Shown: positions 49,535 to 61,805, numbered from the whole stretch's first letter. The stretch: DNA of 63,014 nt, filler included, from Thraustochytrium aureum (GCA_012862495.1; 6 parts of one record of this genome joined end to end with filler, not necessarily neighbours in it); one strand, 5' to 3'. Notes: generated by a model from the sequence alone, not told the origin. Numbers and translations: made by a program.

Positions 49535-50447
49535 TTAGGATTCGCTGGGCTGCATCGTGGACTTTGAGCGGTGCGAAATGACCGAGTCGATGATGCCGAA
49601 CTTGGCTGCCTTCTCCGGCGACATGAAGAAGTCGCGGTCGAGCGTCTTGTTGATGGTCGTGATGGTCTGGCCCGTGTGAAAGACGTAGATCTCCGCCAGC
49701 CGTTTGCGCAGCTTGATGATCTCCTCGGCGTGGATCGCAATGTCGCTAGCCATGCCCTGCGTCCCGCCGGACGGCTGGTGCAGCATGATGCGGCTGTTCG
49801 GGAGGCTGCGGCGCTCGCCAGGCTCGCCGCCCGCAAGGAGCAGGCTCCCCATGGAGCAGGCCTGGCCCATGCACAGCGTGTGAACTGCGCAGTTTACGTA
49901 TTGCATCGTGTCGTAAATGGCGAGTCCGGCTGTGACCGAGCCGCCGGGCGAGTTGATGTACATCTGGATCGGCTTGGTGGGCTGGTCGGCTTCCAGGAAC
50001 GAAGCTGCGCGCAAACCACGCTAGACATGCTATCGTGAACTGGGCCGTGCACGAACACAATACGCTCCTTCAAGAGCCGCGAGTAGATGTCAAACGCCCG
50101 CTCCCCGCGGTGCGTTTGCTCAACGACCATGGGGATCAAGTTGCCAACGATCGGGTCTGNNNNNNNNNNNNNNNNNNNNNNNNNNNNNNNNNNNNNNNNN
50201 NNNNNNNNNNNNNNNNNNNNNNNNNNNNNNNNNNNNNNNNNNNNNNNNNNNNNNNNNNNNNNNNNNNNNNNNNNNNNNNNNNNNNNNNNNNNNNNNNNNN
50301 NNNNNNNNNNNNNNNNNNNNNNNNNNNNNNNNNNNNCGCGCCACTACCATACATCCTCGCGGTCCCTGCCCTTCGCGGGAGTCCCGTCCTGCGCGCCCAT
50401 CGCGTCAAGCTCCCGAGCGCCGCCGGCCCCCTCATCGCCATCCGCAT
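49535..50447 (-). CDS. clpP: Mitochondrial ATP-dependent Clp protease proteolytic subunit; gap after presequence; frameshift at 50000/50001
   Basis: [79 protein letters not shown]; Arg-rich presequence [20 protein letters not shown] upstream of gap. Confidence 0.93.
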
Positions 50448-50971
50448 GTCCCGCAAAGCCACGGCGCGCCAAAGCTCGCCCACGAGGTCCCTTGGCCGGT
50501 CTCCCAGCGACCGCCAAGCCACGCAGCGCAGCCTCCCGCACGCGGCCCGCAACCAAACGAGGTCTGCTCGACCCATGATCGATCCTCGCCCCGGCCGGTA
50601 GGTATTCCTTTGTTCGTCCGACCGCCACGAAGCGCAACGAATAGCTCTTTGATCGCGAGGAATAGATCCGTTGCGGAGGCGTTGTACGATGTCGCGGGGA
50701 GCGGGTCGATGTGGCGACGACGAGAGCCGCGCAGTGCAGCGAACGTCGCGCTTGGCGCCGCGATTGGCGCTGGATTGGTTGGCGTCGCGATTGACGCTGC
50801 GCGTGTGCCAAGATCGGTTGGCCTGGTGTCTCTCTCGCTCGCTGGAAAGTGGTGCACATGTCGGCGCGCGGCGAGGCCTCGCGACGCCCCAAAAGCGCCG
50901 CGGCGACCGCGGGCGGACTCTCGAGGACAGCGTCGGCTGGAAGCGCTGGGACGTGGTCAAGACGGACGGTG

Positions 50972-51950
50972 ATGGGGATTGGGGCCGCGGCGGGCAGGCG
51001 GCAACGGAGCGCGGTTCCTGAGATTCCTCAAGCTGCTCGCAGGTATGATCCCGAGGTGGAGACGTTCGAGGGGCGGCTCGGATTTCTGACGCGCGGCGAG
51101 GGAATTAGGCAAAAGGCGCACCTTGCCATTGATAAATTGCAGCGGCGGTTCGAGCTGTCGCCTGCAGACTGCACTTGGGCGACCTGCAGCTCGGCGGGCA
51201 GCCAAGCTCGCTAAAGCTGTCGCTGCAGAACTTTTGCGCCGAGACGCAGCGTTTCCGGGTTCTCGCATGCGACGATTCGCGCGTTTCGGTCTCCTTTAGC
51301 AACGAGACAACCAAGATCGCCGCGGGAATGACGGCGCGAGTCGAGGTCCGGGTGGACCCATCCGAGCTCGGCCCCGTGGAGGTCGAGCTCGTGATCCTTG
51401 CTGGCAAGCTTGAGCGGTATAGCGTGCCAGTGCGCGCTGCGTGGTGCGGGAGCTGGGCGCAAAGCTGGACGCGTCAATGCATCCCGACGTAGCGCGTCAT
51501 ATTGAGTATGTGCCCCGGCTTATCGGCACTCTGTTCGACTGGAACGCGCAAGAGCTTCTCTTTTGCGAGTCAGCACCGTGCGAGTTTGACCCCTGCGCGA
51601 CGCTCGAGCAGGTGATCGCGCGAAGCGCCGAGCGGCAGGCGGAGCTTGATGCCCAGCCCCTGCCCCCGTATTGCCTCCGCCTTTGGGAGGACCCCCGCGA
51701 GGGTGACGCGGAGGCCGACGCGGCGGCCGACGCGGCGGCGCGGGACCGCGGCCAGACTGGCAAGCCAGCTGCAGTTCCCGAGCTGGACGGGCGAATTGTT
51801 GCTGTGTTGCGCCCCTCTTCGCTCGAGCGGGACTATTCTTTGGCGTCCGTTGCGTCGGCTCGCAGCTGGCGCGATGATCCAGTCGCTCCGTCGTGCCCAC
51901 CAAGCGGCAACAACCCCGAGGACGGCGGAGGACCGTCGCCTGCCCCGTGA
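50972..51950 (+). CDS. Hypothetical protein with ASH/PapD-like Ig domain (ciliary-type); frameshifts ~51172 and ~51440
   Basis: LSPADC.LGDLQ...LSLQNFCAETQRFRV...IAAGMTARVEVRV pattern; three overlapping ORFs join by single-base indels. Confidence 0.5.
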
Positions 51951-52361
51951 GGCTCTCTCTCGAGAGCTAGCTCTAGCTAGAGTAGACCTCGCGAGATTTA
52001 AAACGAAAGACTTTGCTCTGCAAGTAGCTCTGGAGCTAGCTAGAGGCGTGCAAGGCCGTTTGGGCTTGGAATCTCATTCTCTCTAAAGAGCAGCGCCCCG
52101 GGGCAGGGCAGCTGCGACGGGAGCTCCGCCATGCCGTGCTAGGTGCTGGGCCCCTCCTTCCTTGCGCTTGCGAGAAAGGCCAGCGCCTCCGCTGCGCTCT
52201 CCACAAGCGCCTGCGCGCCACTGGCAAGGTCTTTCACCGTCGCAGCAACGCCGCCGCGTCCNNNNNNNNNNNNNNNNNNNNNNNNNNNNNNNNNNNNNNN
52301 NNNNNTTAATTAATTAANNNNNNNNNNNNNNNNNNNNNNNNNNNNNNNNNNNNNNNNNNNN

Positions 52362-53515
52362 AAGACGAGGTTGGCGCTTGACCCGCTCGTCGAGCCTGGT
52401 GCGGGCCGTTGCTGCCCGTCGCCGACAGGGCCGTCGTCTACCTCGTCGAGCTCGCCGCGCGCGCGGGCTTCGGTGAGGCGTTGCAGCTCGGTTTGGACGG
52501 TGGGGTCCGTCAGGTCCAGTCCGTGGTTCTCCTTTGCGTCCCGGATCATCTCCGGCGTTGGGTTGGCGAAATCGGCCGTCTCTAGAAACGCCTTGGCCTG
52601 CAGTTTGCGCTCCGTTTCTTCCACCACGCGCTCGACCTGGGCCGCGTCTCCGGCGCGTCCCTTGGCGCGGAGCTGGTGAGCCATGTCGCGATAAAAGACT
52701 GTCTGCTCTTTGAGCTTGGCCTGCTCCTGCTCCGCTCGCTCTCGCTCATGCTTACCCTTGCCCTCGCTCGCCTCGGGGGCTCCGTTTTCTTTGTCCGGAT
52801 CTAGCTCGCCGCGCTCAAACATGCCCATGAAGGTCTCCTTGTCCAGCTCGCGCTGCCGCTGCCGCACAGCGCGGAGCTCCTCAAAGCGCGACCGGAGCAT
52901 CTTGTCGTTTGGGCTGGTCTTTAGGGCGCGGCGCAGGTCTTTGAGCGCCAGGTCGAGCTCCGCTGCGCCGCAGCTGACTGGGAGAGTGCGCGCCTGTGCG
53001 CGCCGGTAGAGCGCCTTTGCATTGTCGGGATCGATGCCCAGCGCCGCGTCGCACGTCGCGATGCACATGGCCCAGTTGCAGAGCTTGGTGTGGCACGCTG
53101 CAATGTTGAGCAGCGCCGAGACCACCAGCGCCCGTACCTGCTCGTCTTCGCTTACACCCTCGTACCTGTAGCTCAGGTGCTCGTCTTTGACCCCCTTGGA
53201 TTTCCAATCTGTCTCTGTCGTGGCAATGTACCAAAAGCACCCGATGCACTTCTCGTACTTGTCGTTCGCGTCAAAGTAGGCCTGCTGCTTGAAGAGGTTG
53301 TTGCCTTGCTCTTTGAAAGCGCGGGCCGCTTCGATTCGGTCGACGGGGTCCTGTTTTGCGCGAGCCTCGCGCACCGCCTCGTCGCGGCAGTGGAAAAGCG
53401 TGTTTTGCAAGAACGTCGGCTTGGACTCAAACACGCGTCGCTCCTGCTTGACTTGCTCGGTCTTCAGCGCAGCAGCCTGCTGCATCAGCGCGGAGAAGTC
53501 AGAGCCGGGCTCCAT
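52362..53515 (-). CDS. TPR-domain co-chaperone-like protein (FKBP/Cyp40-type TPR clamp); 3' end at scaffold edge
   Basis: FKEQGNNLFKQQAY..A...Y, LLNIAACHTKL, DPDNAKALYRRAQA. Confidence 0.85.
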
Positions 53516-54072
53516 GACGCGGCAGCGCAGCTGGGGATCCCAAGGCGACTGCGATCCAGACTCGCCACGTCACTTTCTACGCCCGCCCCTCGAGCAAGCG
53601 GAGACGCCGCGATGCAGCCCGTGCGCTCTCGCCCACACAGATGGCCTCGACGATCGCGCGAGCCCTATCTGGACCACGAGAGCCTGAACGCAGGCAGTCC
53701 GCATTTGCTTTTGCAGCGCCTGCGGGCGCGCGGCTCGCGAGTTGTTGTTGCAACGTCTCCGAGCCTCGATTCGCACGCTGAACAGCGAACTATTCACTGC
53801 GCTTGCCGAGCTCAGCATCAGCCAAGATGACCGTCCGTTCCACCCACGGCCGGGGCCGACCAGCACCAACGAACGCGCCACCCGGTCGAGCAACGATAGA
53901 CTGCAAGAAGATCAATTGGTTTCGGTCTTTGAGTCTGCGCTGCGGCCTCGCCGCGGCATGGCACACTGATTTTTTAGGTAAAGAAATCCGCCTCGGTACC
54001 GCGGCGGGGCGACTGGCGCGCAGCGTCGCCGGATGAAGGGCAGGCAACCAAGGGAGACAGGGAGCAGGCCGC

Positions 54073-55740
54073 TCACGCGACCTTGACCCCGTTGTCCTTG
54101 CACCACTTTTTGATAATCCGGACGATGTACTCGACTTGCGGGTTGGAGGTGTTGCGCAGCATGGTGAGGATGTCGGCGAGCGAGTCCTTGGGCTCGAGCC
54201 CTGCTACAACCATTTGAAAAACGCCAACACAAGCCCCGCGCTTGCCCTCCCAATACTCGGGGTCGGGGTCAAGGCGCTCGAGGACATCAAAGGCCTTGGC
54301 AGCAAAGAAGAAGGCCTGGCCGCCCATCCGGTAGCAGTCGTTGGCGATGAGCTGCAGCAGGTTGAACGACTCGTTGGAGGTTTCCATCTTGAGGTACAGG
54401 TCCCATGCCATGCGCGGCTTCTTGTTCATGACAAAGCAGCGCGCAAGGTACGAGAGGAAGACATAGTCGGTGCGGTACGCCTCGTCTTGCACGAGCTGCA
54501 AGGTCTCCTCTGCCTCGCGGTACTGGCCGGTCGCGGCGAGCGAGATGCCATAGTTCCAGTTGAACGAGTCGTCGTTGTACAGGTACGCCTTGATGCTGTT
54601 GAGGTAAATGTTGACGTCCTCGAACTGCTTGAGCAGGAAAAAACACGAGGCCATGCACTGCCGGCCCGGGATCGTGTCGCACTCGCTCGCGGAAGCGCCG
54701 ACCAGCTGGAAAAACTGCTGCGCAATCTTGAGGTGCTCCCTTGACGCCGTCGACTGGCCCATCGAAGCGTTGGCCACGCCCTTGAGGATGTACTCTTGTG
54801 GCGTGCTCGGCTCGATGTCCTTCATGAGCGCAAAGGCCTCCTCCACATCGTCGTTGCGCAGGTAGTGAATGACAAGGTTGAGGCGCGCTTCGGGCAAAAA
54901 GTCGATCAGCCCAGGCAGCACCTTGAGCGCGTTCTCGCCGTTCCGAAACACGACCAGGTTGTGCCTGATGAGGTCGTTGTCGTGCAAGGCGTGGCCCTGG
55001 TCCGCGAGCGCCTTGAGCTCTGACTCAGCCGCCTTGCCGTTGTACAGGCGAAAGTGGTTGCAGGCTTTGAGGTTGATCGCGATCGCGCTGTCCGGGTGCG
55101 ACTGCAGGTACACAGAGAGGATCTCCAGCGAGACGTCGTAGTAGTCCAGCCGATAGTACGACATTGCGACGTAGACGTTGAGGGCAAGGTCGTCGCGGTT
55201 TTCCAGCAGGAGCCTCTTGTAAATGTCGGTGGCCTCCTGAAAGTGTGACCGAAGAAAGTGAATCGCCGCCAATGAGAGCTGGTCTTCTTTCGTGTCTGAC
55301 AGCTTTTGGTGGTACACCATCAGCTTGTTCTCGTCGTTTTGCTTGTGCGCCACGTGGAAGAGAAGTCTGTTCTGCAACGCGCACGCGGGCCCTTTCAGGG
55401 CCTCCTCCTCAGCGTCGTCGTACATCTGCAGGTAGTACATGCACACGCCCTTGTAGAGGTGCACCTCTTTCCCACACGCGCCATATTTCTGCACCCGTTC
55501 GTACGCCTCGAGCGCCTTGCGGTAGTCGCCCAGGTGCGCGCAAGAGTATGCGAGCCACAGCTCCTGCTCCGCGTCAAAGTCGTCTGCGTGCCTGTTGAAC
55601 TCGAGCAGAGCGATAGCGCCCGTATAGTCGCGTGCCTTGATGTACTCGTCGCGTTCGGGCCGTTTCGCGTGCTTGTTCTTCTTCGCCCGCGCGCCAAACC
55701 TGCCGCCTCCAGCGCCGCCCTTGGTGTGATTCAGCAGCAT
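54073..55740 (-). CDS. IFT56: Intraflagellar transport protein 56 (TTC26/DYF-13), intronless, 555 aa
   Basis: [88 protein letters not shown]. Confidence 0.96.
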   Translation of the reverse strand: MLLNHTKGGAGGGRFGARAKKNKHAKRPERDEYIKARDYTGAIALLEFNRHADDFDAEQELWLAYSCAHLGDYRKALEAYERVQKYGACGKEVHLYKGVCMYYLQMYDDAEEEALKGPACALQNRLLFHVAHKQNDENKLMVYHQKLSDTKEDQLSLAAIHFLRSHFQEATDIYKRLLLENRDDLALNVYVAMSYYRLDYYDVSLEILSVYLQSHPDSAIAINLKACNHFRLYNGKAAESELKALADQGHALHDNDLIRHNLVVFRNGENALKVLPGLIDFLPEARLNLVIHYLRNDDVEEAFALMKDIEPSTPQEYILKGVANASMGQSTASREHLKIAQQFFQLVGASASECDTIPGRQCMASCFFLLKQFEDVNIYLNSIKAYLYNDDSFNWNYGISLAATGQYREAEETLQLVQDEAYRTDYVFLSYLARCFVMNKKPRMAWDLYLKMETSNESFNLLQLIANDCYRMGGQAFFFAAKAFDVLERLDPDPEYWEGKRGACVGVFQMVVAGLEPKDSLADILTMLRNTSNPQVEYIVRIIKKWCKDNGVKVA

Positions 55741-56094
55741 CTCGCCTCGCGCTGCTTGCCCAGGACGGCCGGCGCTCCGCGCGGCGACTCGCGCCTTCCC
55801 GCTGGCCGACGCCTAGCGACGAAGATTGCAACTTGGCGACCGGGTCGAAGAACAGCGTTGAAAACCGAGCGCGCGCAGCAAGCGAAACCCCCGAGGACCA
55901 CGCGTCCAGCCGGAGGCCTGCCGCTCCAGCCTTCCCGCCTGCCTTCGCGCCCAACGCCTTCCGATGCGCGTCTGCCCGTGCCAGGCTCCATGGAGCGAGC
56001 GAGCGCCAACAATACAACAGAGCAAACCAAAACACCACGTTACCGTTACACTCTCTCTCTCCCGACGATACCTGGTTTCCCCGACAGCTCGCAC

Positions 56095-56790
56095 AGAATC
56101 CGCCTCCCACCTCGTGCCTATCTCCGCAAATCCGCCGCCGGCATCGCAAAACGCCGTGTTCCTCCGGCCGGCTCCCACAGATCAGCCTGTTCGCCCGTTT
56201 CCCCGAGAATCCGCCTCGCACGCCGTGCGTATCTCGCGAAATCCGCCTCGCGACTGCGCGCCCTGACTGNNNNNNNNNNNNNNNNNNNNNNNNNNNNNNN
56301 NNNNNNNNNNNNNNNNNNNNNNNNNNNNNNNNNNNNNNNNNNNNNNNNNNNNNNNNNNNNNNNNNNNNNNNNNNNNNNNNNNNNNNNNNNNNNNNNNNNN
56401 NNNNNNNNNNNNNNNNNNNNNNNNNNNNNNNNNNNNNNNNNNNNNNNNNNNNNNNNNNNNNNNNNNNNNNNNNNNNNNNNNNNNNNNNNNNNNNNNNNNN
56501 NNNNNNNNNNNNNNNNNNNNNNNNNNNNNNNNNNNNNNNNNNNNNNNNNNNCCCGAGAATCCGCCTCGCACGCCGTGCGTATCTCGCGAAATCCGCCTCG
56601 CGACTGCGCGCCCTGCCTGAGCGTTGCCGGGAATCCGCCTCGCACGCCGTGCGTATCTCGCGAAATCCGCCTCGCGACTGCGTGCCCTGACTGAACCTCG
56701 CCGGGAATCCGCCTCGCACGGCGTGCGGGTCTCCTGAAATCCGCCTCGCCTGCGCGGTCGGTCGGGTTGTGCTTCGGCGCACCCTGACTG
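56095..56790. repeat. 74-bp tandem repeat with doubled AATCCGCCTCGC core and hairpin, spanning a gap between divergent IFT56 and eIF4E
   Basis: GAATCCGCCTCGCACG starts at ~56207, 56557, 56631, 56705; degenerate copy ~56096. Confidence 0.88.
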
Positions 56791-56972
56791 ACCTGTGGCG
56801 GGAGGTTAAGGGTTGCGTGAGGCGCCAAGAAGCGGTGGCCGTGGTGGCTGCTGGCAGAGTGCGTTCGAGTGCAGGAGGCGCGAGCGGGGCGAAGTGGAGC
56901 ACCTGGGGCTTGCTTGAGGACATCGAGCAAGGACAGCACAGACAGCGAGGAAGGAAGGAAGGAAGGCCGTCG

Positions 56973-57004
<32 letters not shown>

Positions 57005-57067
57005 CTTGCTTGCTTGCTTGCCTTGTGCTTGCCATTTTTGTTTGGTTGTCGTGGGCGACGAGCGAGG

Positions 57068-57703
57068 ATGGCCGAGCCGACCGGAAATCACCCGCTGGAG
57101 AACGCCTGGGCGTTCTGGGAGCACAGGAAGGGAGGCAATGACTATGGCAGCAAGATGTTCAAGCTGGGCGAGTTTCAGACCGTGGAGGACTTTTGGAGGT
57201 TTAAGAACAACATCCCCACGCCAAGCGAGGTGTTTTTCACCGCGGCCACCGGGATGAAGAAGCTCCCTGACCGCGATGTGGACGGGTTCTCCATGTTCAA
57301 AGCCGGAATCCGTCCCGAGTGGGAGGACAAGGCCAACATGCACGGCGCTGAGTTTTTCTGCCGGCAAATGCTCCTGCCGCAGATCCTCGACGAGTCCTGG
57401 GAGAAGCTGCTGCTCGGACTCATCGGCGAGACCATCGACCCCGCCAACGAGGTCTGTGGCGCCCGAATTGTCGACAAGAGCAAGGGCGGTCGCCCGACGT
57501 ACCGTCTCGAGATGTGGTTTCGCGGCCGCGACAAGGACATGTGCGACCTCCTCAAGTCGCGCTTGGCGACCTGCCTGGGATCCAACCTGCTCAAGGAGTA
57601 CATGGAGCACACCGTGGCGATGACAAACCACGGGGGCCATGGCCCTGCGCCTGGGCCCGTCGGGCCCAGCAAGCGGGGCGGCAGCGGCCGGAACCTCAAG
57701 TAA
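57068..57703 (+). CDS. eIF4E: Translation initiation factor eIF4E family protein, 211 aa
   Basis: HPLENAWAFW, FQTVEDFW, FKAGIRPEWED, WEKLLLGLIGE, VCGARIVDK, RLEMW. Confidence 0.93.
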   Translation: MAEPTGNHPLENAWAFWEHRKGGNDYGSKMFKLGEFQTVEDFWRFKNNIPTPSEVFFTAATGMKKLPDRDVDGFSMFKAGIRPEWEDKANMHGAEFFCRQMLLPQILDESWEKLLLGLIGETIDPANEVCGARIVDKSKGGRPTYRLEMWFRGRDKDMCDLLKSRLATCLGSNLLKEYMEHTVAMTNHGGHGPAPGPVGPSKRGGSGRNLK

Positions 57704-58337
57704 GGGCCCCGCGTCGAAATTCGTTCCCTCGAGCGCGCGAGCGACGGGCGCGCCTCGCTGCTGCGCCGCCGATGTCGCGGCGTTGCTTTGCTCCGCGCCT
57801 GGGAAGTGCGGGGCCGCGGGGCCGCGGAGCACCGCTCCTCTGCGAGAAGCAGAGCGGTGACCGGGTTGGCCTGCGCGGCCCGCGACCAGCCTGTTTGCCC
57901 AACGCCGAGCCGACGGTATGCGGAGCGTGTTGGTTCTCTGCTTGCGCAAGGTTTCTCAGTCACAGTAGCCCCGCCCACTTTTAAGATTGTGACTTCTGGA
58001 GCCAGATTCAGAACGGAAGTCGAGCTCTCGAGTGCCGACCGGTAAAGATAGATCAGAACGGAGGCTCCTCATTTCTTTCCTACTTTTGATTGATGCTCCA
58101 TGGTGAGAGAAAGTGTAGGGGGTTTGGTTTGGCTGCCTCCTTAGGCAGCCAGCGACGGGACACCTCTGCCCGCGACGGAGGCCGCGTGCTGAAGAGCCCC
58201 CCCAGACCAGCCAGTCCCGTGGGAACCACGCTGACAACCAAAAGTCTGAAGATGGCGAAGCGCCAAGAAGATGCCGGACAAACTGACTCGCTTGTTCGGC
58301 GCTGCCTGATCCGCACGTTCGTGGCTATGTAGCGTCC

Positions 58338-59036
58338 TTATCTTGTTCGACTTGACTCGGCCTCGCGCTGGTTCGTCCTCTTCAGAAGGAAGGCCCCGAC
58401 GGCGGCCGTCTCGCGGCCGCTGACAGCGCTCTTACTTGCCAAGAGCTCCGCGACGCGCTCGTGCCCGCGCACCGTGGCAAGGTGATAAGCGCCCCACCCG
58501 TCGGCGTCCTTGACCGCGAGGTCGACGGGGGCAAGCTCTGCCTTGCACTGTCTCAGCGGGTCGGTGGAGACAAGAAGCAACGAAACCACCACGTCGTAGG
58601 CGCCCGCCATGCACGCCACGTGGAGCGGCGTAAACCGCGACACGGTACTAGCCACGTTTACATCTGCCCCAGCCAGCCCCAAAGCTTCCACACAGCGCGG
58701 GTAGTTTTCCTCAGATGCCACGTGGAGCGGGGTCCACCCTTGGCGAGAGCAACGCACGTTCGGGTCTGCGCCGCGTTGAAGCAAAAACAGCACCGCCTCT
58801 TCATCCCCGACCTGGCAAGCCACGTGCAGCGGCGACCATCCATCGCGGCGACGCACGTCGATGTCGCAGCCAAAGTCAAGGTATAACTCGGCCAGGTCGA
58901 GCCGGGAGAGCGCAATCGCCCAGTGAAGCCCTGTCCAGCCTTCCGAGTCCGCGGAAGCGGGGTCCACGCCCGCCTGCAGAAACGCCTCAATCTTGGGGTA
59001 GTCCAGAAACTTGCGAGCCCCTTCGAAGGAGGCCAT
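58338..59036 (-). CDS. Ankyrin-repeat protein
   Basis: GWTGLHWA, GWSPLHVAC, GWTPLHVAS, FTPLHVAC, GWGAYHLA. Confidence 0.9.
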   Translation of the reverse strand: MASFEGARKFLDYPKIEAFLQAGVDPASADSEGWTGLHWAIALSRLDLAELYLDFGCDIDVRRRDGWSPLHVACQVGDEEAVLFLLQRGADPNVRCSRQGWTPLHVASEENYPRCVEALGLAGADVNVASTVSRFTPLHVACMAGAYDVVVSLLLVSTDPLRQCKAELAPVDLAVKDADGWGAYHLATVRGHERVAELLASKSAVSGRETAAVGAFLLKRTNQREAESSRTR

Positions 59037-59151
59037 GGGCGGGTGGAACGGGNNNNNNNNNNNNNNNNNNNNNNNNNNNNNNNNNNNNNNNNNNNNTTAA
59101 TTAATTAANNNNNNNNNNNNNNNNNNNNNNNNNNNNNNNNNNNNNNNNNNN

Positions 59152-60819
59152 NGAGCGTGTACGACGAGGTTTTTGGGAGGGGAGTGGCACCAAATATTGT
59201 GCTGGTCGCTGTTCTCACTACTTTCTACTTGCCGACGCTAGCATTTGTGTTGCTTCGCAAGACGCGACTGATCAGGATTAGACATGTCGCCTTGGTGGTC
59301 GAGTACGCCTTTTTTTTCGGGCTCTACACGGGCGTTCTTGCTTCCTTGGCTGTCGACAGTAGGACATCCTCGTGCCGGTGGCACATGCTGCTCGGGAGTT
59401 TCGCGATCGCGAAGGTTTGGGTTCCTATTCTGCTTATCTACCGACACATCTATTTGCGGTACCGCTTTGGCGTCCTGACGTCGCTCAACGAGCCCGAAGG
59501 GAAACTCTCGCGCATCGAAAGGATTTCGATTCGCTACTGCGTCTACCGGCACAGCTTTCCACGCGAGGCACGAATGGCAGAGTTTCTGTGCTTGCTGGTA
59601 ACCACGACCTCGACCTTGCTGTTCACCGTTGCGGAAAGCGAGCCCATGACCGCGCCAGAGTGCGGGAAAACGCCGCAGTACTTTGTGAACTCGGCGGCTA
59701 TTGTCATCCTGTGTGCCGCATGTCTATTTTTCGCGAACGGAATCGTGACCCACTTTCACCGATTCGCCAAGCAGGGAGACTGCCTCGGGATCAAGCGCAT
59801 GGTGGTGCGAAACACCTACATCACAAAGACCGCGGTGGCGCTCTACCTTATTGTGAATGGGGTTGGGCAGCTGGTCACGCTTCCCTTCTGGGTCCTGAAC
59901 GTGCCAATTTTGAGCGCCTTCGCCATCTGGTTCAGCTTTGTTGTTGTTCCGTTGTGGCAGACGCTGACGGCCTGGAGAAACGCGATAAATGTGGTCGGCG
60001 ACCCTCTCGGCTCCTCGGTGGACGGCCGAGCGCGGACAGAGCTCAACTACTTGGACGAGTACCTCAAATCGCGCCAAGGCGGTGAGCTCGTGTTGAACTT
60101 TCTCAAGTCTGAGCTTTGCATCGAATCGCTCATGTTTATTAAGGCCGTGGACGAGTTCCGAGCCCTGTTCAACGTCAGGCGCCCATCGAATTCTGAGACA
60201 CATTCCGCGGTGCTACATGAACGACCGACATCGTCCGTGCCGTCGTCCGAGTCGTCCGAGAACGGTCACACGGAACGAGAACGGGAGCATGTCCCTTCAA
60301 ACTCAAACCCCGCCGTTCTGAGTTTTTTCCGCAAAAAGCCGGACAAGACCCGGCTGGCCAAGGTCGACGAGATTTACGCCATGTTTCTCGCGAAGGAGGC
60401 GCCGTATCAGATCAACGCAGAGAGCGCGCATATTGCAGAGGTCCGCTTTGCGCTTTACCCGAATGGAGACGAGCCCCCGTCGCTCGGCGGCCAGGTTCGC
60501 AAGAGCATGCCAGAAGTCTTGGCTTCACCGAGGCAATACTGTCCACCCATCCGACCACAACAGATTGGGAACCAGTGCCTCGAGCGACTCTGATGGCGGC
60601 GCCGGAGCAGCTGCAACTCGGCCGTCGCCGGCGATGGGCGTGTTTGACGACTTGCGGCAAGAGCAGCTCGAGCTCCTGTTTATGGACAATTTCCAGCGCT
60701 TTCTGGAGACGAAAGAGAATCGGGACTCGTGGGCCGCTTTTGTGGAATCGACGCGAGAGCTCGAGATCCTTGAAGGAAGGTCTTCGTTGTTGCTCCCGTC
60801 GACTCTCTCGACCAGCTAG
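59152..60819 (+). CDS. Seven-transmembrane RGS-domain protein; start at scaffold edge; frameshift ~60500-60590
   Basis: Seven hydrophobic segments, then RGS box FLKSELCIESLMFIKAVDEF...IYAMFLAKEAPYQIN and, in the next frame, VFDDLRQEQLELLFMDNFQRFLET. Confidence 0.82.
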
Positions 60820-61070
60820 GGGTCTCTCCCTAGCTAGAGGTCTCACCCTGGAGAGAGAGCAAGATCTCCAGAGCAAGGGCTCTAACTGGCCAGAGCAAGG
60901 TGCCGCCGCTTGCAGCCGCGCGGTGAACGCCGGGTCGCGCCGCCGCCGCCGCCGCCGCCGGCGAATACTGNNNNNNNNNNNNNNNNNNNNNNNNNNNNNN
61001 NNNNNNNNNNNNNNTTAATTAATTAANNNNNNNNNNNNNNNNNNNNNNNNNNNNNNNNNNNNNNNNNNNN

Positions 61071-61603
61071 TGCGTCGCCGACCGGCGCGCTCCAGGCACC
61101 GGGCTTGGCAGCGCGGCAGACAAGGCTGCGTCCGGGTCTTGCGACGCGGTGAAGCCAAACCACCAATACGCGAACGCAGCCATCAAACTGAGCCGAACGA
61201 CCACGGTTGCTCGGCCCCCGGGGCCTTGGCGCCTCGAGCGGCTTTTGCTGCGCTTGGCGGTGCTGGCCTGCTTGGCGGTGCTGGCCTTGGCGTGGCTCTT
61301 GCTCTTGCTGCGCATTTTCCCGACTGTGGCGCTGCTGTAGCTTTTCTCCTTTTCTTTCTTGTCCTTCTTCTTGCTCGATTTGCTTTCCTCTTCGTGGCGC
61401 TCGCTGCGGCTTCGGTGCGCGCTGACGTCATCCTCTTCATCCTCTTCCGAGCTCGTCAGGGACCTGCGCCTGGTGCTGCGGCCACGTCTCTGCACCGCAC
61501 CGCGTTGTTCATCCCTACTGTACCGCTCCGCAGCCTCCTCTTCCGCCTCAGCCTGCAGCAGCTTGTGGCGCGTTGAGCTCTTGTACCTCTTGCCGCTCGA
61601 CAT
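61071..61603 (-). CDS. Hypothetical type II membrane protein (charged N-terminus, one TM); truncated at scaffold edge
   Basis: MSSGKRYKS..., K/S/R-rich region, TM VVVRLSLMAAFAYWWFGF. Confidence 0.6.
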
Positions 61604-61711
61604 GGTGAGTGCGTCCCGTGCGCAGGCGGCTGGCTATCCACGGCGAGGCCTCTTTCTTGCCAGGCAAAAAGCAGACAGCGGACCTTGCGACAACGAACAG
61701 GCGCAGCACGA

Positions 61712-61805
61712 GCTGCTGGTCCTCGTCCTGGTCCTGCTGCTGGTCCTGCTGCTGGTCCTGGTCCTGGTCTTGGTCCTGGTCCTGGTCCTGCTGCTGCTGC
61801 TGCTG
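61712..61805. repeat. (CTGGTC)n/(CTG)n low-complexity repeat
   Basis: Direct reading. Confidence 0.8.

Noticed and set aside
22923..61026. Recurring TTAATTAATTAA as a biological motif or piggyBac TTAA target
   Set aside because: Always centred in fixed-length N blocks; a standard six-frame-stop scaffold linker
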